From positions 99,712 through 126,561 of IMG/VR virus record IMGVR_UViG_3300033143_002040: 26,850 nt of DNA. One strand, written 5' to 3'. Source of the DNA: a virus (taxonomy: Duplodnaviria; Heunggongvirae; Uroviricota; Caudoviricetes). Below the pieces are notes generated by a model that searched no databases, was not told the DNA's origin, and was given only the letters and a program-made list of their open reading frames with translations. A program made the position numbers and the translations under genes. Of this stretch, positions 7,604 to 15,346 are shown in pieces. Positions within the stretch are counted from its first letter, which is position 1. Each line of letters opens with the position of its first letter.

Positions 7604-7983
7604 TACTGAGCCTCTATGTTCTGACGATCATATTCGATCTGTAAGCTATCAACTACGTCTAGTGGAACATAATTCAATACTATGTCTAGGCGTAGCGTAT
7701 GTTCTAATTCGCGTACATCAATACTCACCATTGTGAATCTAGGATCACCGCTGATAATATCTACTGCGTCATCGACTACTTGCGCTCTCGTTTCTTCGTC
7801 AAACGGCTCAAATAGCAAGTCAAATATAATTGATCCAAAGTCAGGACGCATCACTCGCTCGCCACGTTGAGTGTGAAACACATTCATTAAGTCCTGTTTC
7901 GCAAGCTTCAAGTTCTCCAGAGTAAATGGAGGTCGGCGCTTGCCGAATGTAGAGTAGCCTATGTTGGTGCCGCGTAACGCCAT
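7603..7983 (-). CDS. gp25: Baseplate wedge protein gp25-like (GPW/gp25 family)
   Basis: KQDLMN.F.T..GERVMRPDFGS.I.DLLFEP...DPR motif; SD AAGGA; upstream of gp6-like. Confidence 0.92.
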   Translation of the reverse strand: MALRGTNIGYSTFGKRRPPFTLENLKLAKQDLMNVFHTQRGERVMRPDFGSIIFDLLFEPFDEETRAQVVDDAVDIISGDPRFTMVSIDVRELEHTLRLDIVLNYVPLDVVDSLQIEYDRQNIEAQ

Positions 7984-8005
7984 GATTATCCTTGTCTTTA
8001 TGTAC

Positions 8006-8020
8006 TGCTGTTATTTATCA
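8006..8020 (-). promoter_or_regulatory. Putative late (gp55-dependent) promoter TGATAAATAACAGCA for the gp25-gp6 operon
   Basis: Core GATAAATA resembles the T4 late TATAAATA; identical 15-mer at 22498-22512, also just upstream of a structural operon. Confidence 0.75.
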
Positions 8021-8089
8021 TAAAAGATGTAACGGGTTTTAATGAAATCAGCAACTTACAAGTTATTGTTATCAAAGAACTTTTAGGTA

Positions 8090-8118
8090 TTGACAAACGG
8101 GCGTATTTCCTCTATAAT
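8090..8118 (+). promoter_or_regulatory. Consensus sigma70 early promoter TTGACA-N17-TATAAT
   Basis: TTGACA 8090-8095 and TATAAT 8113-8118, directly ahead of the plus-strand small-ORF cluster. Confidence 0.9.
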
Positions 8119-8150
8119 AGTTACAATTGAGGCAAGAATGGATAGCTACA

Positions 8151-8345
8151 ATGGCCGACAAGAGAGCATTTTGTGAACATGCTGATTGTGCAGGTGAGTT
8201 CTACGTGCGCGATATGGAAGAAATGCAGGATGGCGATGGCGGCCATATCTATGTCTGCCAGCATCACTTAGAAACAATGGAAGATCAGTCTGGTTTCTGC
8301 TCAATGAATTGCCAGCTTGGTTACGGCTGCGATGATAGTTGCTAG
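8151..8345 (+). CDS. 64-aa Cys-rich acidic protein, possible metal binder
   Basis: First ORF after the promoter; 7 Cys including C-terminal CSMNC..GYGCDDSC; ATG 8151 preferred over TTG 8127. Confidence 0.65.
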   Translation: MADKRAFCEHADCAGEFYVRDMEEMQDGDGGHIYVCQHHLETMEDQSGFCSMNCQLGYGCDDSC

Positions 8346-8346
8346 T

Positions 8347-8568
8347 ATGAAATATGTAATTCATTTAGCATACGAGATTAAGAAAACGAATTACTATTCA
8401 GGGCCGCTAATCGTTGGTGGGCAAACACCAAAACTGTCTAAAGCGGCAACGTATAACTCACATACAGAAGCGAAGGTTGTTGCAGATGAAATAAGTGAGG
8501 CGTGGTTTGCTAGTGTTACTGAAGTTTCTGACAGAGAACTATTTGAAGCGAGGCTCAAAGGAATATGA
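8347..8568 (+). CDS. 73-aa hypothetical, paralog family with ELFxxRLKG tail
   Basis: MKYVIH..KAATYNSHTEA..EVSDRELFEARLKGI. Confidence 0.75.
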   Translation: MKYVIHLAYEIKKTNYYSGPLIVGGQTPKLSKAATYNSHTEAKVVADEISEAWFASVTEVSDRELFEARLKGI

Positions 8569-8777
8569 AAATATATCAAATCTATTTTTGGCACGGCAGA
8601 TCAGAAAGTCTTGCCGGTGAACTAATGGCGATTGAGGGCATATCTCAAACAGACGATACTCTGCATTATATTGGGACACTAGATAACTTCGCCGAACAGT
8701 ATGGCAGACAGTTCATAGTTCGCTCCCCTGATAACCTTATTTGCGTAACCCAATACAATTCATGGAGTGCAAGATAA
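8565..8777 (+). CDS. 70-aa hypothetical protein
   Basis: ATGA and TAATG overlaps; SD AAGGA. Confidence 0.7.
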   Translation: MKIYQIYFWHGRSESLAGELMAIEGISQTDDTLHYIGTLDNFAEQYGRQFIVRSPDNLICVTQYNSWSAR

Positions 8778-9049
8778 TGAGTAATGAAGAAAACCATATA
8801 TTTTTAGGGATGTTTATTGCCATCATGTTCATAGGAATGGCTAACCTTCCAGCTTTAGTACAAGACAACTCAAATGATGATATTTATATGCGTCACATTG
8901 AGCAAGGCATGGAAGTATGCGAGCAGAACGGCGGTCTTGTAAAAATAGAAGGTCAGACTTTTTCCCAGCACTTACTCATCTGCGAGAACGGTGCAATATT
9001 TAAATACGTACCGCCTAAGATAGTAAATGATTGGCCAGACGCCGAATAA
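8777..9049 (+). CDS. 90-aa membrane-anchored protein with C..NGG...C.NGA.F Cys pair
   Basis: Start moved to ATG 8777 (TAATG overlap); N-terminal hydrophobic helix. Confidence 0.7.
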   Translation: MSNEENHIFLGMFIAIMFIGMANLPALVQDNSNDDIYMRHIEQGMEVCEQNGGLVKIEGQTFSQHLLICENGAIFKYVPPKIVNDWPDAE

Positions 9050-9330
9050 TCGTGAACGGGCTTATACACTTAATTATAGCTGACAGGGACGATAATCTTG
9101 GCGTCGTCTATTCATATTATGCCTGCGAGCCTCAGCGAATACGTGACGGTAGTGGAGAATACGCAGGCGGATTCGAAAGTGATATAACTAACGCAATCAC
9201 TTTCGATAATATCTTGTTAGCGCACATAAATCGTAAGAGGCTACAGGATATGTATTCTGATATACCTGCTAAGATGAAAGTCATAACTATGACAACCAAA
9301 GAATTATTTAAAGCGAGACTCGGAGGATAA
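9031..9330 (+). CDS. ~99-aa hypothetical, paralog family (ELFKARLGG tail); start uncertain (TTG 9031 or GTG 9052)
   Basis: NAITFDN..A core and C-terminal tail shared with 8347-8568. Confidence 0.7.
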   Translation: MARRRIIVNGLIHLIIADRDDNLGVVYSYYACEPQRIRDGSGEYAGGFESDITNAITFDNILLAHINRKRLQDMYSDIPAKMKVITMTTKELFKARLGG

Positions 9331-9552
9331 ATGAAGTATTTGATAGTACAGAACAATCCTTTGAGAACTTATATACAGGATCGGAAAAGAGATACTGTAC
9401 ATATTAATGAAGCACTAATATTTGACTCAAAGAAAGAATGCCAGACTTTCATAAAGGACAATCCGCTTCGAACTAAACACATGGGATTGCTATTCTACGA
9501 TATTATAGAAATATCTAAACAAGATTTATTTATAGAGAGATTAAAAGGATGA
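9331..9552 (+). CDS. 73-aa hypothetical, paralog family (DLFIERLKG tail)
   Basis: MKYLIV..EALIFDSKKE..EISKQDLFIERLKG; SD GGAGG. Confidence 0.8.
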   Translation: MKYLIVQNNPLRTYIQDRKRDTVHINEALIFDSKKECQTFIKDNPLRTKHMGLLFYDIIEISKQDLFIERLKG

Positions 9553-9773
9553 CTATTTACAAGAAAGAAACAACAGAAGAAAAAGTCATGCGAATAGTGA
9601 CACGAATAATGTCTGTAGTAATGGGGCTTATGATTTTATGGGTTGTAGCAGCGACACCAGCTACCTTTACAGAACTAACAATTGATGATGCTACAGCATT
9701 ACGAACAGCAGCGATGCTAGGTTTCATGGGTTGGATGTTTGTTTTTGTATCTGCATTTAGGCCTCGCGAATGA
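9549..9773 (+). CDS. 74-aa protein with two predicted TM segments
   Basis: IMSVVMGLMILWVVAA and AAMLGFMGWMFVFVSAF; ATGA overlaps. Confidence 0.75.
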   Translation: MTIYKKETTEEKVMRIVTRIMSVVMGLMILWVVAATPATFTELTIDDATALRTAAMLGFMGWMFVFVSAFRPRE

Positions 9774-10039
9774 CACCGTCTGACACAATCTATGTATTAT
9801 CATTTACGTATAGTGATGGTTATGGTGATGGTTCGATGTACCTGAGTGGTCGTTACGAACCAAGTAATGGCGAACTTAATGCTATTAGTGATACCATTGC
9901 AACTGATTTAGTAGATGCTAAAGTGTTTTACAGCAAACAGGAAGCGTGGAATTATCGTGAAGATGCTTCGAGTAACGGTTGGCAGATAACTCCAATCTCA
10001 GCAAAGAAATTATTTACCAAAAAGTTGAAAAGCAAATGA
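9770..10039 (+). CDS. 89-aa hypothetical, paralog family (KLFTKKLKSK tail)
   Basis: DAKVFYSKQEA core; ITPISAKKLFTKKLK tail. Confidence 0.75.
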   Translation: MTPSDTIYVLSFTYSDGYGDGSMYLSGRYEPSNGELNAISDTIATDLVDAKVFYSKQEAWNYREDASSNGWQITPISAKKLFTKKLKSK

Positions 10040-10299
10040 ATATGATTATGAAAATGATACCACTGTTTATTCTGTTAACTGGATGTACGTATAATCCAGG
10101 TGAAGCAACAGCAGACTTCGAACTGGCTGTATGCACAGATACGAGAGACGGCAAGCAATTCACTATCATTGGTTCGACGTTAAGGAACTACAGAGCAGGA
10201 GTCGGTGCGCCAAGTACTTACGAAATAGACGATACTGAAGGACGTACTCGAACTTTATCGTCAGATATGAATGCATGGTTAAAGTGTGTGCCGCAATGA
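10036..10299 (+). CDS. 87-aa putative lipoprotein
   Basis: Start at ATG 10036 (ATGA overlap); ..KMIPLFILLTG|C lipobox. Confidence 0.7.
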   Translation: MNMIMKMIPLFILLTGCTYNPGEATADFELAVCTDTRDGKQFTIIGSTLRNYRAGVGAPSTYEIDDTEGRTRTLSSDMNAWLKCVPQ

Positions 10300-10634
10300 T
10301 TGAATGGGACGAAAGAACAATCAAACAGTTGCGCGAAGGCGATACTAAGAATCGCTTAGTGAAGGACAAATTCGTTAGCAATTTGAGAGGCGGCAGTCAG
10401 TATGAATGGAAAGGTACGTTTCGTAGAAGTTCGCCAAAAGACGTACACGCATGGCGCTCTGTTGAGTTACGTACATCAGTTCACGGTACGGCTGTGCTGA
10501 TTGTATTGAAAGGTGGCGAAATGGCTCGATTTTCAATGAACGCAAAACTACATGCAGACCCTAGCTATTATAGAGATATAGCAGAAGTAATCGAAGAAGG
10601 TCAACTAATAGCAGCAGAACTGAGGGTGAAATGA
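10296..10634 (+). CDS. 112-aa hypothetical protein
   Basis: Start moved to ATG 10296; ATGA overlaps at both ends. Confidence 0.7.
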   Translation: MIEWDERTIKQLREGDTKNRLVKDKFVSNLRGGSQYEWKGTFRRSSPKDVHAWRSVELRTSVHGTAVLIVLKGGEMARFSMNAKLHADPSYYRDIAEVIEEGQLIAAELRVK

Positions 10635-11053
10635 AAATTGGATTCGACATACACGGCGTGATCGACACGTTTCCTGCATTCAGGATGATGATCGAAAAGT
10701 ATATTGATGATCCTGATGTAGAAGTGCATGTAGTTACTGGCCTAGCTAGAGCAACAGCAGACAAAGAGATAGGTCACTTGGTTGACTTGGATAAGATCGA
10801 CGGATACTTTTCGATTGCAGATTACTTAGAGAGTAGGCCAGACGTTGAAGTTAAATGGATTGACGGTCTACCTTGGGCAGATGAGATTGCATGGAACAAT
10901 GCTAAAGCAGATTATTGCTACGAAAACCAAATTGATATAATCTTTGATGATAGTCCTATCTATGCAGACACATTCAAAGATATTGACACAGTTTATGTAC
11001 AGATTCATAATTCAAACAGAAAGTCATTCAAGACGAGGCCAAACACAAAATGA
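10631..11053 (+). CDS. HAD-superfamily hydrolase-like protein (140 aa) with variant motif I DIHGV
   Basis: IGFDIHGVI (I), VHVVTG (II), NAKAD (III Lys), IIFDDS (IV). Confidence 0.7.
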   Translation: MKIGFDIHGVIDTFPAFRMMIEKYIDDPDVEVHVVTGLARATADKEIGHLVDLDKIDGYFSIADYLESRPDVEVKWIDGLPWADEIAWNNAKADYCYENQIDIIFDDSPIYADTFKDIDTVYVQIHNSNRKSFKTRPNTK

Positions 11054-11487
11054 ACAAATTAAGTAGACAAGGACAAACTAATTTAATAATCATATTGTCA
11101 GGTATGCTATTTATGAGTATTGCATTGTTTAATATAGCACTCAATAACGCAAACAATCGCGCAGATAGAGCAGAGCAAACAATAGAACGCCTGACAGAAT
11201 ACACTGACCGTAAATCTGGTGGAACGTCATTGCTTACTGGCAGCAACATTAATTATGATCTTCGTACATTTGACGGCGGCCTAACTTGGTACGCAGTTGA
11301 ACGTAACAATGATTGGGGCTTTAAGATCATTGGTGACTCAGAAGAGGTGTACCCTGGTTTGCTAGACCATATCGAAGCAATGGACAGATTGACACAGCAC
11401 GTTCAAACGAACGGGGCAATTGATTTAAGCAACTTAGACAACATTAAGTTGCTGGAAGATGCAGGGTTTGAGGTAAAGAGAAAATGA
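11050..11487 (+). CDS. 145-aa protein with N-terminal TM anchor
   Basis: LIIILSGMLFMSIALFNIAL hydrophobic segment; ATGA overlaps. Confidence 0.75.
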   Translation: MNKLSRQGQTNLIIILSGMLFMSIALFNIALNNANNRADRAEQTIERLTEYTDRKSGGTSLLTGSNINYDLRTFDGGLTWYAVERNNDWGFKIIGDSEEVYPGLLDHIEAMDRLTQHVQTNGAIDLSNLDNIKLLEDAGFEVKRK

Positions 11488-11621
11488 ATAACGTAATGGA
11501 CATGGTTTATTGTGTGCATTGTAATTTCTGGTTTCGCGCACAGCAAATGGCTACTCGATTTTGGCGGCATCCAGACGAAGGTCTATGTGATGATTGCGAC
11601 AAAACAGTTAGGGAAAAATAG
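11484..11621 (+). CDS. 45-aa CxxC...CxxC zinc-finger ORF not in the ORF track: MNNVMDMVYCVHCNFWFRAQQMATRFWRHPDEGLCDDCDKTVREK
   Basis: ATGA overlap upstream; TAG 2 nt before the next ATG, so it fills the gap. Confidence 0.7.
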   Translation: MNNVMDMVYCVHCNFWFRAQQMATRFWRHPDEGLCDDCDKTVREK

Positions 11622-11623
11622 GG

Positions 11624-12052
11624 ATGAGTTCTTTTATACAAACACTCAATGAAATGTATCATTGGCTTCCTGGGGATGCGACAGCACCTATTAGTTTTTG
11701 TGTACTCGGATTTATATGGGGCGTGTCTCGCTACTTTCGTTCATTCAAATATATGTATTACTATTATATTGAAAATGGTATCGTTATTTGGTCCATGGAC
11801 GAAAAAAGATCAGAAATGGATCGGATTGCTAAGAAATACAATCTTCCTAATTCTGATTACTTTGAACCTAGCGGATATGTTACAGGTTTAATAATTATTC
11901 TTTTGTGTACTATATTAGGAATAATTGTAGGAACACTGTGGCCTTTGTCACTCATAATCGGAGTGTTAACAATACCAAATTTTATTCTTCGCCGTATTGC
12001 AAGAGAGAAACGAAACAAAGCAGTATTTGAACAAACATTGAAGGGAAAATAA
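11624..12052 (+). CDS. 142-aa multi-pass membrane protein
   Basis: Hydrophobic segments APISFCVLGFIWGV and VTGLIIILLCTILGIIVGTLWPLSLIIGVLTIPNFIL with a basic tail. Confidence 0.75.
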   Translation: MSSFIQTLNEMYHWLPGDATAPISFCVLGFIWGVSRYFRSFKYMYYYYIENGIVIWSMDEKRSEMDRIAKKYNLPNSDYFEPSGYVTGLIIILLCTILGIIVGTLWPLSLIIGVLTIPNFILRRIAREKRNKAVFEQTLKGK

Positions 12053-12357
12053 TGAACAGAGTAAAAGCATTTATAGTTAATCACTGGGTGTCATGGGTCA
12101 TTGAACTTTCTATTCTCGGCGTAGTTGGAATGATAACTATAGCTGAGGTTCGAAAGACCAACGAACAAACGCGAGCTATGCTGACTTCTATTTCACAATT
12201 TGCATCAGAACGTAAAGAAGCAGTCGGTGATGCAATTGATTCTATTGCTGGTGAAGCACAGAACATAGAGATCGAAGGCAAAATTGATATTAGCACACTT
12301 GGCTCAAAAGCTAAAGAGATGTGGGATAATCGTAACAACGATGAGGATACAGAATAA
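12052..12357 (+). CDS. 101-aa protein with N-terminal TM segment
   Basis: WVSWVIELSILGVVGMITIA; TAATG overlaps. Confidence 0.75.
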   Translation: MNRVKAFIVNHWVSWVIELSILGVVGMITIAEVRKTNEQTRAMLTSISQFASERKEAVGDAIDSIAGEAQNIEIEGKIDISTLGSKAKEMWDNRNNDEDTE

Positions 12358-12545
12358 TGGACTTTCTACTTGGTGTAATCTTTATCTACGCAGGAACGCG
12401 ATTTTATAAGCATTACAAAAAGCCTTATGAATCTTCACGCGCAGATATACGCATGATGGCAATTCTTATCATGGTGTACACAATCGGCTACGGTGCATAT
12501 AGATTGTATCTCGGCTTTGGTGGCACACCGTGGGCAGTATTTTAA
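12357..12545 (+). CDS. 62-aa two-TM membrane protein
   Basis: FLLGVIFIYAG and MMAILIMVYTIGYGAYRLYLGFG; TAATG overlap. Confidence 0.7.
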   Translation: MDFLLGVIFIYAGTRFYKHYKKPYESSRADIRMMAILIMVYTIGYGAYRLYLGFGGTPWAVF

Positions 12546-12546
12546 G

Positions 12547-12648
12547 ATGAAATTCCCATTATACTTCTTTGGAATTATATTTCTCGTCGCAGGCAACCCG
12601 CTAGTCGGACTAGTGCTTGTTGGCGCAGGATGGTTGGCAGCAGAATGA
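12547..12648 (+). CDS. 33-aa hydrophobic micro-ORF not in the ORF track: MKFPLYFFGIIFLVAGNPLVGLVLVGAGWLAAE
   Basis: Starts 1 nt after the previous stop; TGA overlaps ATG 12645. Confidence 0.65.
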   Translation: MKFPLYFFGIIFLVAGNPLVGLVLVGAGWLAAE

Positions 12649-12926
12649 AAAAGATAATCTTAGAACAAATACCCGTGAAGTGGACAACACTCACAATGTA
12701 TACTTATGACGACGGAGAAAATGTAGATGTCGTTTGTGATGTATCAGATGGCAAAAAGACTGAGTGGATGGATACGAAGTATGATTCATTCTACAAGAAA
12801 GCTATCTGGCCGCATCAAGAAAGACTTCAACACACAAAAGAGAATGCCTTGAAAGCATATGGCTATCTCCCCGCACAAATAATCATCATAGAATGTGATT
12901 TCTCAGAGTTTAGGAATCTAAGATAA
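12645..12926 (+). CDS. 93-aa hypothetical protein
   Basis: Start moved to ATG 12645 (ATGA overlap); TAATG overlap downstream. Confidence 0.7.
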   Translation: MKKIILEQIPVKWTTLTMYTYDDGENVDVVCDVSDGKKTEWMDTKYDSFYKKAIWPHQERLQHTKENALKAYGYLPAQIIIIECDFSEFRNLR

Positions 12927-13192
12927 TGAGCAGAGTACATAAAGACAAACACGGCATATATGTCAAGGCAGGCGGATATATTATTCGCCCAGATATTAGC
13001 GAACGCTTCTACAATCAAGAAGATTGTCTCAAAGGCAAAACGCAATATGTTGCTGGCGATGAAGTCAAGGCTAATCACATAGCTAGTTCAGGTTTAGGAT
13101 TAGTTGGTGATGAATATTGGTTCACACACGGCAGCTACTATGATTACGAAGGCGGCCAAATAAGCAGCGAGGAATGTTGGGAAGTAAAATGA
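12926..13192 (+). CDS. 88-aa hypothetical protein
   Basis: Coupled to both neighbours. Confidence 0.7.
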   Translation: MSRVHKDKHGIYVKAGGYIIRPDISERFYNQEDCLKGKTQYVAGDEVKANHIASSGLGLVGDEYWFTHGSYYDYEGGQISSEECWEVK

Positions 13193-13458
13193 AATACATT
13201 ACTTACCAAGTACGCTATGCAATCGTGCGCGGAGACATGCAATCTACGCGCACGTACCTCATGCAAATGAATCCATACAGCATAGGCATGTCATATGTTA
13301 GGTCTGATGCATTGATTTTTGACAACGAGGAAGAAATTAAAACTACCATTGTTGAAGCTAAGAATAATGATTATGATGAAAATGATTACGAAGCTGATAA
13401 TTGGATTATCGAACCCATAACAGAAAAAGAAGTGTTCGTGCAAAGATTAACGCGGTGA
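13189..13458 (+). CDS. 89-aa hypothetical, paralog family (EVFVQRLTR tail)
   Basis: MKYITY..DALIFDNEEE..EPITEKEVFVQRL. Confidence 0.75.
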   Translation: MKYITYQVRYAIVRGDMQSTRTYLMQMNPYSIGMSYVRSDALIFDNEEEIKTTIVEAKNNDYDENDYEADNWIIEPITEKEVFVQRLTR

Positions 13459-13586
13459 GTGTAATATTTGGAATTTTTATTGTTGTAATTTTGCTCACGA
13501 TTGCAAATTTACTCAATGAAATATTAAGTGAGCTACGATTAGCTAAGAGAGACAGGGAAGATGCAAGTTCACAGAGGAAGGGTTGA
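13455..13586 (+). CDS. 43-aa single-TM micro-protein
   Basis: GTG start overlapping the previous TGA; VIFGIFIVVILLTIANLL. Confidence 0.55.
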   Translation: MSVIFGIFIVVILLTIANLLNEILSELRLAKRDREDASSQRKG

Positions 13587-13589
13587 AAG

Positions 13590-13874
13590 GTGAGTGAAGA
13601 AGTTATCTCAGTTGTGAAGTGGGTTAACAGAACAAAGGTAGCTGGTATGTATTGTTATTACGGTAAAACTGAGTTTGGCAGCGGAGATAATGAACCAGGA
13701 AGATACGCTACATTCTTAGAGGCAATCGCACTTGAGATTGAATCAAAGTATCGTCAGATTGAAGAATTAGATTGTCAAGGAGAGTGGTGCGGGAAGTCTC
13801 CTAATAAGCATGACGATGGACTGTGTGGTGTTTGTAAGATGCAGAAAGAATTATTTGTAGACAAGTTAGGTTGA
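13590..13874 (+). CDS. 94-aa protein with C-terminal Cys cluster and KELFVDKLG tail
   Basis: GTG start; CQGEWC...LCGVCK then the family-like tail. Confidence 0.7.
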   Translation: MSEEVISVVKWVNRTKVAGMYCYYGKTEFGSGDNEPGRYATFLEAIALEIESKYRQIEELDCQGEWCGKSPNKHDDGLCGVCKMQKELFVDKLG

Positions 13875-13878
13875 TATT

Positions 13879-14160
13879 ATGAATTTCTTTGAATGGTACG
13901 GAACAGGAATTGTAATCATACTAGCATTGTTTTGTTGGCAAGCATATACATTAAACGACACAATAATGAAAGCAGTAGATGAAGTGTATGATATATTCAT
14001 ACGCAGAGCAGATGGATTATCAACTAGTCTTCTACTTGTACTCGCATTGTTAGGTCCATTATTGATTCCAGCAATAGCATACTTTAAATTTCGTGAATGG
14101 CAAGATAGTTTAGCAGTAGATGATGATGACAATATAGATTATCCTTGGAGGGATGAATGA
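13879..14160 (+). CDS. 93-aa two-TM membrane protein
   Basis: WYGTGIVIILALFCW and LLLVLALLGPLLIPAIAYF. Confidence 0.7.
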   Translation: MNFFEWYGTGIVIILALFCWQAYTLNDTIMKAVDEVYDIFIRRADGLSTSLLLVLALLGPLLIPAIAYFKFREWQDSLAVDDDDNIDYPWRDE

Positions 14161-14465
14161 ACATTAGCATGTACAGAAAGGTCTTAGGATACATGGGTGG
14201 TGACAAGAAACAACCTATCTATCAGCATATGCCAGGAGCGTTAGTGACTCAAGCATTCATTCATTGCAGTCAATGTATGGCAGCTATCAGCGGTCAAAAT
14301 GGTCCTCGTAGGGATGCATGGTGCATCAAGTGTACAGATGAAAAGGTTGAGACTGATGCGGAGGCAAAGAAGGTAGCTAGAAAGAAAGCTACTGCTGATG
14401 CGCTAGCTAAAAAGAAAGCAGAATTAGAAGCAGCAGCAAAGAAAAAGAAAGCGGAAGAAGAATGA
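14157..14465 (+). CDS. 102-aa CxxC...CxxC protein with Ala/Lys-rich helical tail
   Basis: CSQC, CIKC, then EAKKVARKKATADALAKKKAELEAAAKKKKAEEE; ATGA overlaps. Confidence 0.75.
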   Translation: MNISMYRKVLGYMGGDKKQPIYQHMPGALVTQAFIHCSQCMAAISGQNGPRRDAWCIKCTDEKVETDAEAKKVARKKATADALAKKKAELEAAAKKKKAEEE

Positions 14466-14794
14466 ACGAATGGCAACAAGTAGGCAGATTAGTTAGCAGT
14501 TACGAGAAAGGTGAGCTTCGTTTCGTTGTATTGAAGTCTCGTGGTACAGGCAAAAGTATGATTGCACAAAATATGATACGATTCAGTGACTCATGGACAA
14601 AATGGAAAGATGAATGGTCGTGGAAGCCTCGCGTATCTAGCAGAAGTGGTAATATAATTTGGGGCAACATTATGGTACGAAAGAGCAAGTTTGTTCTTAG
14701 TAACTTTGGCCGAGAAGTGATTGAATATGCATCACCAAACGAAGCACTAAAACAGCAGAGAGAAGAATTTAAGGAGATATTAAGTCGTGGCTAA
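14462..14794 (+). CDS. 110-aa hypothetical protein
   Basis: ATGA overlap upstream. Confidence 0.7.
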   Translation: MNEWQQVGRLVSSYEKGELRFVVLKSRGTGKSMIAQNMIRFSDSWTKWKDEWSWKPRVSSRSGNIIWGNIMVRKSKFVLSNFGREVIEYASPNEALKQQREEFKEILSRG

Positions 14795-15053
14795 AAGAAT
14801 TGACATCGGTGAGAAATCATTTAGATTACGCAGAGGCGTACTCGTAGAGATACCTAAGAAATGGATAGGTAAAACTCTTAGCGATCAAACGAAACGTAAG
14901 CGTCAAAGCAAACTAACACGCAAACAAAAGAATCAAGGGTTTGGTAGAGTTTGGAAAAATCCTAGCAAAGAAATAGGCTGGGGCACATGTATGTATCTGC
15001 GCCGCAGTCGTGGTGAAGATGTTTTTAATGAGGTTGATGAACATGAATACTAA
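14787..15053 (+). CDS. 88-aa very basic hypothetical protein
   Basis: GTG start after GGAG; Lys/Arg-rich (FRLRRGVLVEIP..KRKRQSK). Confidence 0.7.
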   Translation: MAKRIDIGEKSFRLRRGVLVEIPKKWIGKTLSDQTKRKRQSKLTRKQKNQGFGRVWKNPSKEIGWGTCMYLRRSRGEDVFNEVDEHEY

Positions 15054-15345
15054 ACGAGTAGTTGAAGACATGGGAGATCGTCTAGAGCAAGAGTATCCTG
15101 ACATCAAACCTAAAAAGATTACTGGCGATTATCTTGCAACAGTGAGCGAGATAGAAACAGGTTCTTACGAAGTTGCAGCACATCTGAAATGGATGATTGA
15201 GCAAATGAAAGAAATGGATGAATACGCCCAAGATGATTTTGACGCATGGGGTAAACAGATGCGTTGGATAGGATTCATACAAGGTGCTCTTTGGGGTCTC
15301 GGTTATGTTTCAATTGATGAGTGGCGGGAGTTGAACATTGAGTGA
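15043..15345 (+). CDS. 100-aa helical hypothetical protein (HLKWM...RWIGFIQG motif)
   Basis: Start moved to ATG 15043 after GAGG. Confidence 0.7.
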   Translation: MNTKRVVEDMGDRLEQEYPDIKPKKITGDYLATVSEIETGSYEVAAHLKWMIEQMKEMDEYAQDDFDAWGKQMRWIGFIQGALWGLGYVSIDEWRELNIE

Positions 15346-15346
15346 C

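Noticed and set aside
8881-9535. Minus-strand TATAAATA octamers at 8881-8888 and 9528-9535
   Set aside because: Inside coding sequence, no CAGCA extension, no credible downstream minus-strand gene; expected by chance in AT-rich DNA.
11050-12545. Membrane cluster as a holin/spanin lysis cassette
   Set aside because: In an early sigma70-driven operon, no endolysin nearby, and no embedded o-spanin arrangement.
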